A DNA stretch of 64,000 nucleotides. Origin: Tubiluchus corallicola. Its lineage: Eukaryota > Animalia > Priapulida. The stretch covers positions 1-64,000 of the forward strand of contig JAQGDQ010000979.1 in NCBI GenBank assembly GCA_030141605.1, read 5' to 3'. The position numbers and the translations under genes are program-made. The notes below the pieces were generated by a model. It worked only from the letters and a program-made list of their open reading frames with translations. It was not told the origin of the DNA and made no database searches. Below are positions 54,686-64,000 of this stretch, in pieces. The stretch's first letter is position 1; every line of letters starts with the position of its first letter.

Positions 54686-55616
54686 ATGATAAGCAGAGGT
54701 TTGAGTACTTTTGTTTTGGTGATAAGCAGAGATTTGAGTACTTTTGTTTTCATGATAAGCAGAGGTTTGAGTACTTTTGTTTTTATGATAAGGAGCGATT
54801 TGAGTACTTTTGTTTTCATGGTAAGCAGAGATTTGAGTACTTTTGTTTTTATGATAAGCAGAGGTTTGAGTACTTTTGTTTTCATGGTAAGCAGAGATTT
54901 GAGTACTTTTGTTTTCATGATAAGAAGAGATTTGAGTACTTTTGTTTTCATGGTAAGCAGAGATTTGAGTACTTTTGTTTTCATGATAAGAAGAGATTTG
55001 AGTACTTTTGTTTTCATGGTAAGCAGAGGTTTGAGTACTTTTGTTTTTATGATAAGCAGAGGTTTGAGTACTTTTGTTTTCATGGTAAGCAGAGATTTGA
55101 GTACTTTTGTTTTCATGATAAGAAGAGATTTGAGTACTTTTGTTTTCATGGTAAGCAGAGATTTGAGTACTTTTGTTTTCATGATAAGAAGAGATTTGAG
55201 TACTTTTGTTTTCATGATAAGCAGAGATTTGAGTACTTTTGTTTTTATGATAAGCAGAGATTTGAGTACTTTTGGTTTCATGATAAGCAGAGATTTGAGT
55301 ACTTTTGTTTTCATGATAAGCAGAGATTTGAGTACTTTTGTTTTTATGATAAGCAGAGATTTGAGTACTTTTGTTTTTATGATAAGGAGAAGAGTTTGTT
55401 TTTATGATTATTGTTTTTGAGATATGTATTTTTGATTATAGGAGTTTGCTTTTGTTTTTATGATAAGGAGAGATTTATGTACTTTGTTTTTATGATATAG
55501 AGTGATTTGAGTACTTTTGTTTTTATGATAAGGAGAGATTTATGTACTTTGTTTTTATGATAAGGAGTGATTTGAGTACTTTTGTTTTTATGATAAGCAG
55601 AGATTTAAATACTTTT
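54686..55616. repeat. 33-bp minisatellite (atgataagcagagatttgagtacttttgttttc)
   Basis: Homogeneous to ~55385, degenerate beyond. Confidence 0.95.
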
Positions 55617-55939
55617 GGTGATAATAAAATCGTATTGTTGATTTATTTACACACCTTCATCATTTCATTTAACCCCAGTTATGCCTTATTGATAATTTAC
55701 AACCACTGCAATTGGCAATTACTTCTCCCATGTGCGGATATAAAGAGTTACAGACCTTCTTACAGCTAAATAACCCGATGATAGAATTAATTGCGCTGGC
55801 TGCTTGTTTCAGCGTCACGTGATCACGTGATTTTGTGCAGCTCGTTGTAATCAGTGTAATAATTGAAACAAATTGAATTTGTTTAATACGTCTCTCCTTA
55901 CATGTGTTGCTCTAATGTTAGCTTGGAGGAGGTTATAAT

Positions 55940-55994
55940 ATGATGAAGATGATGATGATGACGGTGATGGTGATGTTGATGGTGGTGGTGGAGG

Positions 55995-56028
<34 letters not shown>

Positions 56029-56072
56029 GATGATGGTGATGGTGATGATGATGATGATGATGATGATGGTGG

Positions 56073-56105
<33 letters not shown>

Positions 56106-56112
56106 CGACGAC
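55940..56112. repeat. (GAT/GGT)n microsatellite
   Basis: Direct runs. Confidence 0.9.
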
Positions 56113-56310
56113 CATAATGATTGCTAGTGCAGCACATTAACTGCTGTTGAACCATATACACGCAACTAAAAAAAATAATTTTTCAGGTTCATGGTAGCAG
56201 ATAACGCAACAGAAGCGCCCTCTACTGGACAATTCACACGGTAGCTCTCTGCGGTTCAATGGGAAGGCGCTTCGTGGAGTCAAGAAAGCTAAAATGTGGA
56301 TAAGATGCGG

Positions 56311-57164
56311 TTAGACTGGTTTAAGATTCTACTCACAGCTCTATTGCTAGTCCTGTGCTTACCCATATTCATCGGTGGACTGCCACCAGCTACTTCTGGT
56401 AAGATTGATAGTTTTGTCATAAACCCTCGTTCACACTAGGCAAAAATACTATAGGCGTAGTGTAATTTTTAGATACGTAACTTAGACTTGTTTAAGATTC
56501 TTCTCACAGCTCTATTGCTAGTCCTGTGCTTACCCATATTCATCGGTGGACTGCCACCAGCTACTTCTGGTAAGATTGATAGTTTTGTCATAAACCCTCG
56601 TTCACACTAGGCAAAAATACTATGGGCGTAGTGTAATTTTTAGATACGTAACTTAGACTGGTTTAAGATTCTACTCACAGCTCTATTGCTAGTCCTGTGC
56701 TTACCCATATTCATCGGTGGACTGCCACCAGCTACTTCTGGTAAGATTGATAGTTTTGTCATAAACCCTCGTTCACACTAGGCAAAAATACTGTAGGCGT
56801 AGTGTAATTTTTAGATACGTAACTTAGACTGGTTTAAGATTCTACTCACAGCTCTATTGCTAGTCCTGTGCTTACCCATATTCATCGGTGGACTGCCACC
56901 AGCTACTTCTGGTAAGATTGATAGTTTTGTCATAAACCCTCGTTCACACTAGGCAAAATACTATACCCGTAGTGTAGTTTTTAGATACGTAACTTAGACT
57001 GGTTTAAGATTCTACTCACAGCTCTATTGCTAGTCCTGTGCTTACCCATATTCATCGGTGGACTGCCACCAGCAGCTATTGGTAAGATTGATAGTTTTGT
57101 CATAAACCCTCGTTCACACTAGGCAAAAATACTGTAGGCGTAGTGTAATTTTTAGATACGTAAC
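56311..57164. repeat. 171-bp tandem array, 5 units, interrupted by the LTR element and continuing at 63374-63510
   Basis: ttagact(g/t)gtttaagattct at 56311, 56482, 56653, 56824, 56995 and 63379. Confidence 0.95.
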
Positions 57165-58353
57165 TGTGATGATCGGTTATACCATCCATCATTGTCGCAA
57201 CACCTATTTTGATATATCTTTCATATGTTGTTGTGTGTGCATAAATAATGATCTAATTACTTTATTGATTTATTGCACTGTTTATTTAAATTTATATTAC
57301 ATTGTGTGTTTTTTGTAAGATTTTGACACCAGATGGCTCTGGCCGCTTATTTCTCTGCTTACCTGTAATTAGGTTACCTGAAAATTCGAATACCAAATGG
57401 CTTCAACCTGTTTTGGGATCTTACTACAGAGTTTGTGTTTTACACTAGTTATGTTCTGACTGTCGAAGTTACAGGGTGGTGGAGTTTTGCTGGTTAGTCC
57501 ACATCCTGAGGTTGTTTTATATGGCTGAACACCAAGTTTGGTGTGAACCTGTCTTTAATGGTACTCGTATGCAGTGAGATGATTTGTCACAAAGACAATG
57601 GTTTTGTCTACTTTTGTTTATTCGTTGTTTGCGGTGATGGCACTGTCTTGACATTCCAAGAAGCAAGTGTTTGGTAATCATATTTCCACCTGGAGAATAG
57701 GACTCAAATTCTCGCTCAATAGTAGTGGAAAACCAGTCGAGGACCAGTTCTACCTGGACCAATGGTCTGTCTGTTCGTCTGAACTAAAGGTTCTGTTTGT
57801 CACCCTGCAAAAGGACGACATCTGGCTTTATCACTGGAAGGCTGAGGCAACCAGGTACGAGTTCAATTGCTGGATTGCTGGAGCAGTTTTAAAGCGTGGT
57901 CCATGCAGAGGCTGGATTGGTGACCATTGGCAAAGAGTTGCTGGCAAGGACGTGGCTGACTGCTGGAGATGAAAAGCCGATGTGGTAAGGTTGGAGACTC
58001 AAGAGCGTGGTTGATAGATCCAAAAGCCTGATGAGAGACAGAAGCGTAGCCGGCCAACGTTACTTTTGGGGGAATTAGGTATTGTTGGAAATTGTTATCA
58101 ATTTAATTTGCTATTGTTGTTTCACTGATTAAATTCTAAATCTAAATATTAGCTTTTAGTTCCGTTTTCGTTCTGATTAAATAATTTGCACGTGCACACA
58201 AGTGTTTCACCAGTGACACGGATTCACGTAGCCTACACAAATGAATGATTATCCTGTAGATTTAGCATATAAAAGTGACGGAAACGCTCGAGAACTCTGA
58301 ACACAGTACTCTGATTTCCTAACGTCCTGACTTAGTTATTACACGGCGTCACA
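57165..58353 (+). repeat. 5' LTR (1189 bp)
   Basis: tgtgatg...cgtcaca; direct repeat of 62186-63373. Confidence 0.97.
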
Positions 58354-58356
58354 ATT

Positions 58357-58374
58357 TGGTGTCAGAAGTGGGAT
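58357..58374 (+). promoter_or_regulatory. Primer-binding site complementary to the tRNA-Leu 3' end
   Basis: TGGTGTCAGAAGTGGGAT, 3 nt after the LTR; reverse complement ATCCCACTTCTGACACCA matches metazoan tRNA-Leu(CAA/CAG) 3' ends. Confidence 0.9.
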
Positions 58375-58975
58375 AATTAAGGCCTGCCACTGAATGAAAC
58401 CGCTGTGCAGATTATTTATTCTGTTTATTGTTGAAAAAAATAGCATCTCTGCCCTTCGCAGAACTGATAATATAATATTTCTACTGAGTAAGCTTAGAAC
58501 TTTTGACACTTGCGTTGACCGTGCTGTAGGTATAAATTTCTCTGCGCAAGCAGTTAGTAGTTTCATTGCAGTAGGAGATTTCGAACTACAGGTAAACTAG
58601 GTCACATTGTCTGACTGTGAAGTGCATGCGACGCAAAAGCTTGTTTACGAAATGGTGAGCCCTAGTAATATATTCAACGGCTTATAACTTCCTGTTCGGT
58701 TCGGGACTTATTTTTGCATAGTACTAGCTGTATGTAACCTGAGCAATTTGCTTGCGAACAGAGTGAGAGTAGAGTAAAAGAAACCACGTGAGTGGTGAAT
58801 AAATTTTCACAAGTGTAATAGCAAAGTTAAAACGAAACAAAACGCAAATAAATACTTTGCAAAGAAAATAATTACACAGAATATACTACTATAAACAAAA
58901 TACAGTTGCACATAGTATTTGACTGCTGAATCAACACCTTATTAAATTAAAAATAAAACGAAACGGTAAATTACC

Positions 58976-61537
58976 ATGGCAGCAAACGCATACACTGAAA
59001 ACGAGTTAGATATTTTAAAAGTGTCGCAGCTAAAACAAATTATAGCTGAACGCGGAATCACAGTTGCCGCAACAGCGACTAAACCTGTTTTAATAGCTGC
59101 TATTCTACAAGCTCAGCTTCCTTTGAATATGACGCAACCTGCGCTAACACAAGCAATTCAAGGCCTTGGTGATGCGGACCTGGACGCGGGTACATATGTT
59201 GAAGCTAATTTAAATGCAGCAACTCCCGTGAACACTATTTCAGGTGGCGTGAAAAGGAAGCCAACTGTGGCAACGAGGTTAGAACACACACCTCCGCCCG
59301 ACTTGTCATTAATGCCAGACGACATAACTGAGGGAATGCAGCAATTACCCCCTTCAGAGAGGTATTCAGTTATGATTACACTGGAAAAGCTACGCAGCGA
59401 AGAGCGTCGAGCTGTCAAACAGATGGAGATGCAAATGCAGATGGACAAAGAGTTACGTATTAAGCAACTTGAACATCAGGAACGGGTTGAGCTTGAAAAA
59501 TTGCGTGCCGAACTTGCACGAATTGAAGTCGCACCTACTTTATTACAGGTCGCAAACCCTTCATCTCCTGATAACCCGCAATTGCATGCACCTATCCAGC
59601 GTATCAAAATGAGGGTCTTTGATGAAAACGCTGAAGACATCGACGATTTCTTAAGTCAGTTTGAATCAACTGCAGCTGCAAATAAGCTTCCTCAGGACGT
59701 ATATGCAGCATCTTTAGGGCCTGCACTCACCGGGAAAGCTTCCATTGCTTTTCACCAAATACCTCCTGAGCAAATGAGCAACTACGATGCTGTGAAGAAA
59801 GCACTTTTGGCAGCATATGTATTAACCAGCGAGAGCTACTTGAAACGTTTTCGTGCTATAAAAAAGAGGGCCAATGAGACTTTTCAGCAAGTTGGCAGAA
59901 GACTTGTTCGGGCCTACAATGAGTACAGAAATGCAGAAGATGCTGACTCTGTAGATAAAGTTGTGGAATTGGTCTGTAAGGAACAAGTCTTAACACTGAT
60001 GTCACGTGACATGTGTGAATGGGTCCGGAGGCAAGATCTTCATTCCTTCGATGATGTTGTGGAAAAAGCAGACTTGTACCAAGCATCTGTGATGTCGATA
60101 CAGGGTGGCCTAAAAGTCATGCAACCTCACACATTTAAGAAAGGATTGAAGCCGCCAATGCACGATGGTAGTAGTTCAGCAAGAGGAAGAAGCACATATA
60201 ATGGATCTAATGTGAAGTGCTATTCCTGCGGCGAGTTGGGACATAAAAGAAATCAATGCAGAAGAAGCATGGCAGGTGCTGAAGCCACCGGGAAAGGCAG
60301 AAGCATGATGGGTCGGAATTTTTTAGCTAAAGGTGATGCTAAGAAGACCCAGGAAGGTGGTTCAAGAAAAACCACAAAGAAGTTGCGCAACATTATTGTA
60401 TCTTCTGAAGATGAATATTGCTGCTGGGCATCTGTGAATGGCAAGAGTGTGAAATGCATGCGCGACACTGGGGCATGCACTAGCCTTGTTCACCCAGATT
60501 TGGTAAGGCCAGAGCAATATGTTGATGAGTCAACCAGGACGATTAAGTGTGTACATGGAGATTCCAAGGACGTACGCATGGCTATTGTGGAGGTTGAAAG
60601 TCCGATGGTCAGTGGATATTTGACAGTGGCTGTCTCTGGTGACCTTCCAGTTGACTTCTTACTTGGTAATGACTTTCGGACGGCAGTTACTCCATTCCCG
60701 GCAAAGAGGAGTAAGAACTTCCAGTGTGTACCGAAACCAGCTTCAACACCTACTGTGGCCAACATGGATTCCTCCTGCCAATTTAAAAAGCATGCTATGA
60801 AGCAGGATGAAAACAGTAGTGGTGACAAGCTGCACACGGCATTAGTTGTTACACGCAGTAAAGCTGCGAAACTGCAAAACCTTGAGGAAAGAGACAAGAC
60901 CCTCCAACAAGAGTTTTTGCAAGACAGAATCAAAGCACCTCTACTGACTGAGCACGAGTCAAAGCAAAACCAAGTGCATCTAACTGAGCTCAGTAAATCC
61001 CAGTTACACCAAGAACAAGTAGATGATGTAACTTTAAGGAACTTACGTGACAATGCACGCACTGAAGAAATTGTGCGGAAAGAAGGCAAAGGCTACTATC
61101 TTCGTGAAGGAGTACTTTATTACATGGCACGTGAGCGTCCTAGCCTAGAACCACGAGAACTACTGGTTGTGCCTAAGACAAGGAGACTGGAGGTGCTCTC
61201 CCTTGCACATGATAATAAGATGGCTGGACATTTAGGCATTAGGAAAACTACCAAGCGAATACTGCAGGAATATACTTGGCCACAACCCAACAAGATTCTA
61301 CGTATACACAACTTCCCACGTCCAAACATACACAAAACAAGAAACAAGTACGGGCCTACTTGGGTCTTGTTGGCTTCAACCGTAGGTTCATTCCTATGTT
61401 CAGTACCAAGGCTGCTGCTCTTTTTGAGCTACTTGAGAAAACCAAAGTTGAGTGGACAGAAGCCTGCGAGCGGAGTTTTGTGGAATTGCAAGACTGCCTT
61501 GGCTCCGACACTGTATTGCACTCTCCAGATTTCATGA
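58976..61537 (+). CDS. gag-pol: Gag-Pol polyprotein, truncated: N-terminal SAP/HeH-like motif, capsid (SCAN-related), CCHC knuckle, aspartic protease, integrase Zn-binding N-part
   Basis: 853-aa ATG ORF; DIDDFLSQFE..LTGKA..YDAVKKALL capsid motifs; CYSCGELGHKRNQC (60218-60259); RDTGA (60464); LAHDNKMAGHLG..KT..RI..YTWP; out of the homologous frame after ~61324. Confidence 0.92.
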   Translation: MAANAYTENELDILKVSQLKQIIAERGITVAATATKPVLIAAILQAQLPLNMTQPALTQAIQGLGDADLDAGTYVEANLNAATPVNTISGGVKRKPTVATRLEHTPPPDLSLMPDDITEGMQQLPPSERYSVMITLEKLRSEERRAVKQMEMQMQMDKELRIKQLEHQERVELEKLRAELARIEVAPTLLQVANPSSPDNPQLHAPIQRIKMRVFDENAEDIDDFLSQFESTAAANKLPQDVYAASLGPALTGKASIAFHQIPPEQMSNYDAVKKALLAAYVLTSESYLKRFRAIKKRANETFQQVGRRLVRAYNEYRNAEDADSVDKVVELVCKEQVLTLMSRDMCEWVRRQDLHSFDDVVEKADLYQASVMSIQGGLKVMQPHTFKKGLKPPMHDGSSSARGRSTYNGSNVKCYSCGELGHKRNQCRRSMAGAEATGKGRSMMGRNFLAKGDAKKTQEGGSRKTTKKLRNIIVSSEDEYCCWASVNGKSVKCMRDTGACTSLVHPDLVRPEQYVDESTRTIKCVHGDSKDVRMAIVEVESPMVSGYLTVAVSGDLPVDFLLGNDFRTAVTPFPAKRSKNFQCVPKPASTPTVANMDSSCQFKKHAMKQDENSSGDKLHTALVVTRSKAAKLQNLEERDKTLQQEFLQDRIKAPLLTEHESKQNQVHLTELSKSQLHQEQVDDVTLRNLRDNARTEEIVRKEGKGYYLREGVLYYMARERPSLEPRELLVVPKTRRLEVLSLAHDNKMAGHLGIRKTTKRILQEYTWPQPNKILRIHNFPRPNIHKTRNKYGPTWVLLASTVGSFLCSVPRLLLFLSYLRKPKLSGQKPASGVLWNCKTALAPTLYCTLQIS

Positions 61538-61908
61538 AGCCTTTTATACTGACTACTGATGCATCTTTGAGTGGTATAGGTGGTGTACTATCCCAAGAAC
61601 AAAGTGAACATGGCGAAGTACCTATAACATACCTCAGCAGAAAATTAACTGTTACTGAGCGTAATTACAGTGTGGTAGAAGTGGAGTGTTTAGCAGTTGT
61701 ATACTGTGTGGAGAAGTTGAGATACTTTCTGGAAGGGCGGCATTTTACTATCCGAACTGACCAGCGCAGCTTGTTGGCCCTTCCACGTATTAAGCGTAAT
61801 AACCGCCGGTTGTGTCACTGGTCGCTCATTCTCCAGGAATACTCTTACACGGTGGAGAATATTCCGGGAAGAATGAATGTTGTGGCGGATGCACTTTCAC
61901 GCCTATAA
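61283..61908 (+). pseudogene. pol: RT thumb/connection and RNase H remnant (frameshifted at ~61325-61332)
   Basis: QPNKI..I.NFPRP then, in another frame, KKQVRAYLGLVG, TDASLSGIGGVLSQ, YLSRKL, ERNYS..E.ECLA, NVVADALSRL*. Confidence 0.92.
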
Positions 61909-62167
61909 ATTTTGCCTAATTTTGATAGTTTTATACGAAGAAATTGTTTTTCCAATTAAACAACATAAAGCCTTTAAAAGTGAAATGGCAGAAGTAAAGT
62001 CGTTTATTGTGTTATTTGTAGATTTATTTTGTATCAGTATTGATTGAAGTTGCTTCTCGGAGTAATTAAGATAGCCCATTTAGTTAGCAAATCATTGTTT
62101 AGCTTTTATTTTCTTCAATTGTTTCAATATAGGTGTCGCTATGTTGTGAAAACTCCTTCAGAGTTTT

Positions 62168-62180
62168 AAAAGGAGAGAGA
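62168..62180 (+). promoter_or_regulatory. Polypurine tract
   Basis: aaaaggagagaga, 5 nt upstream of the 3' LTR. Confidence 0.8.
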
Positions 62181-62185
62181 TGCTA

Positions 62186-63373
62186 TGTGATGATCGGTTA
62201 TACCATCCATCATTGTCGCAACACCTATTTTGATATATCTTTCATATGTTGTTGTGTGTGCATAAATAATGATCTAATTACTTTATTGATTTATTGCACT
62301 GTTTATTTAAATTTATATTACATTGTGTGTTTTTGTAAGATTTTGACACCAGATGGCTCTGGCCGCTTATTTCTCTGCTTACCTGTAATTAGGTTACCTG
62401 AAAATTCGAATACCAAATGGCTTCAACCTGTTTTGGGATCTTACTACAGAGTTTGTGTTTTACACTAGTTATGTTCTGACTGTCGAAGTTACAGGGTGGT
62501 GGAGTTTTGCTGGTTAGTCCACATCCTGAGGTTGTTTTATATGGCTGAACACCAAGTTTGGTGTGAACCTGTCTTTAATGGTACTCGTATGCAGTGAGAT
62601 GATTTGTCACAAAGACAATGGTTTTGTCTACTTTTGTTTATTCGTTGTTTGCGGTGATGGCACTGTCTTGACATTCCAAGAAGCAAGTGTTTGGTAATCA
62701 TATTTCCACCTGGAGAATAGGACTCAAATTCTCGCTCAATAGAAGTGGAAAACCAGTCGAGGACCAGTTCTACCTGGACCAATGGTCTGTCTGTTCGTCT
62801 GAACTAAAGGTTCTGTTTGTCACCCTGCAAAAGGACGACATCTGGCTTTATCACTGGAAGGCTGAGGCAACCAGGTACGAGTTCAATTGCTGGATTGCTG
62901 GAGCAGTTTTAAAGCGTGGTCCATGCAGAGGCTGGATTGGTGACCATTGGCAAAGAGTTGCTGGCAAGGACGTGGCTGACTACTGGAGAGGAAAAGCTGA
63001 TGTGGTAAGGTTGGAGACTCAAGAGCGTGGTTGATAGATCCAAAAGCCTGATGAGAGACAGAAGCGTAGCCGGCCAACGTTACTTTTGGGGGAATTAGGT
63101 ATTGTTGGAAATTGTTATCAATTTAATTTGCTATTGTTGTTTCACTGATTAAATTCTAAATCTAAATATTAGCTTTTAGTTCCGTTTTTGTTCTGATTAA
63201 ATAATTTGCACGTGCACACAAGTGTTTCACCAGTGACACGGATTCACGTAGCCTACACAAATGAATGATTATCCTGTAGATTTAGCATATAAAAGTGACG
63301 GAAACGCTCGAGAACTCTGAACACAGTACTCTGATTTCCTAACGTCCTGACTTAGTTATTACACGGCGTCACA
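62186..63373 (+). repeat. 3' LTR (1188 bp)
   Basis: Near-identical to the 5' LTR; by eye 5 substitutions and one 1-bp indel. Confidence 0.97.
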
Positions 63374-63510
63374 GTAACTTAGACTTGTTTAAGATTCTTC
63401 TCACAGCTCTATTGCTAGTCCTGTGCTTACCCATATTCATCGGTGGACTGCCACCAGCTACTTCTGGTAAGATTGATAGTTTTGTCATAAACCCTCGTTC
63501 ACACTAGGCA

Positions 63511-64000
63511 ACTGTGTTTTTATACATCGACTTTTTGCATAGTGGCATGTTATAACTTAAATGTTTCAAGTACTTAAAATAGAAGTCAACTTGCTCGTTG
63601 TGAGAGATTCGAACCCCCAACCCTCGCACCGTGCACCCAGTCGCAAATGTGGATTATCTGATTAACAAAACTGTGTTTTTATAAGTCGACTTTTTTCATA
63701 GTGGCATTTTATAACTCAAATGTTTCAAGTACTGAAAATAGAAGCCGACTTCAGAGATTCGAACCCCCAACCCTCGCACCGTGCACTCGGTTGCAAATGT
63801 GGATTACCTGATTAACAAAACTGTGTTTTTATACGTGGACTTTTTGCATAGTGGCATTTTATAACTTAAATGTTTCAAGTTCTTAGAATAGAAGTCAACT
63901 TGCTCGTTGTGAGAGATTCGAACCCCCAACCCTCGCACCGTGCACCCCGTCGCAAATGTGGATTACCTGATTAACAAAACTGTGTTTTTATACGTGGACT
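63511..64000. repeat. ~159-bp tandem array with a tRNA-like B box on the minus strand; runs off the window
   Basis: actgtgtttttata at 63511, 63670, 63820, 63979; gattcgaacc at 63606, 63756, 63915. Confidence 0.85.

Larger units (their letters stand above)
57165..63373 (+). mobile_element. Ty3/Gypsy LTR retrotransposon, Gmr1-like (PR-INT-RT-RH order), internally deleted
   Basis: TG...CA LTRs, 5-bp TSD GTAAC (57160-64, 63374-78), PBS, PPT, gag-protease-integrase N-terminus followed by RT thumb and RNase H. Confidence 0.95.

Noticed and set aside
54637-55420. 225- and 259-aa ORFs
   Set aside because: Translations of a 33-bp minisatellite; both end at the array boundaries.
57517-58057. ORFs inside the LTRs (also 62537-63077)
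   Set aside because: Short, mostly non-ATG, with no recognisable domain; the stop position differs between the two LTRs.

Overview
AT-rich animal DNA, probably a marine invertebrate (TTAGGG-type repeats and an invertebrate-type 5S sequence; the taxon is an inference). I found no convincing host gene, and almost all ORFs in the track are by-products of micro- and minisatellites. The main element is a structurally complete, young 6.2-kb Ty3/Gypsy LTR retrotransposon (57165-63373) with 1.19-kb near-identical LTRs, a GTAAC TSD and a tRNA-Leu PBS. It has the Gmr1-type domain order PR-INT-RT-RH, has lost the integrase core and RT catalytic domain through an in-frame deletion, and is inserted in a 171-bp tandem array. 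Also present: two copies of a composite SINE (5S rRNA head, RTE-like body, RTE ORF C-terminus and 3' tail), a 5'-truncated CR1/L2-group LINE with a 13-bp TSD, a hAT MITE with an 8-bp TSD, three families of TTAA/AGG-ended (Kolobok-like) non-autonomous transposons, a dispersed element carrying an internal 131-bp array, interstitial telomere-like arrays, and more than 15 unrelated minisatellites. All coordinates and counts were read by eye; no alignments or database searches were run.
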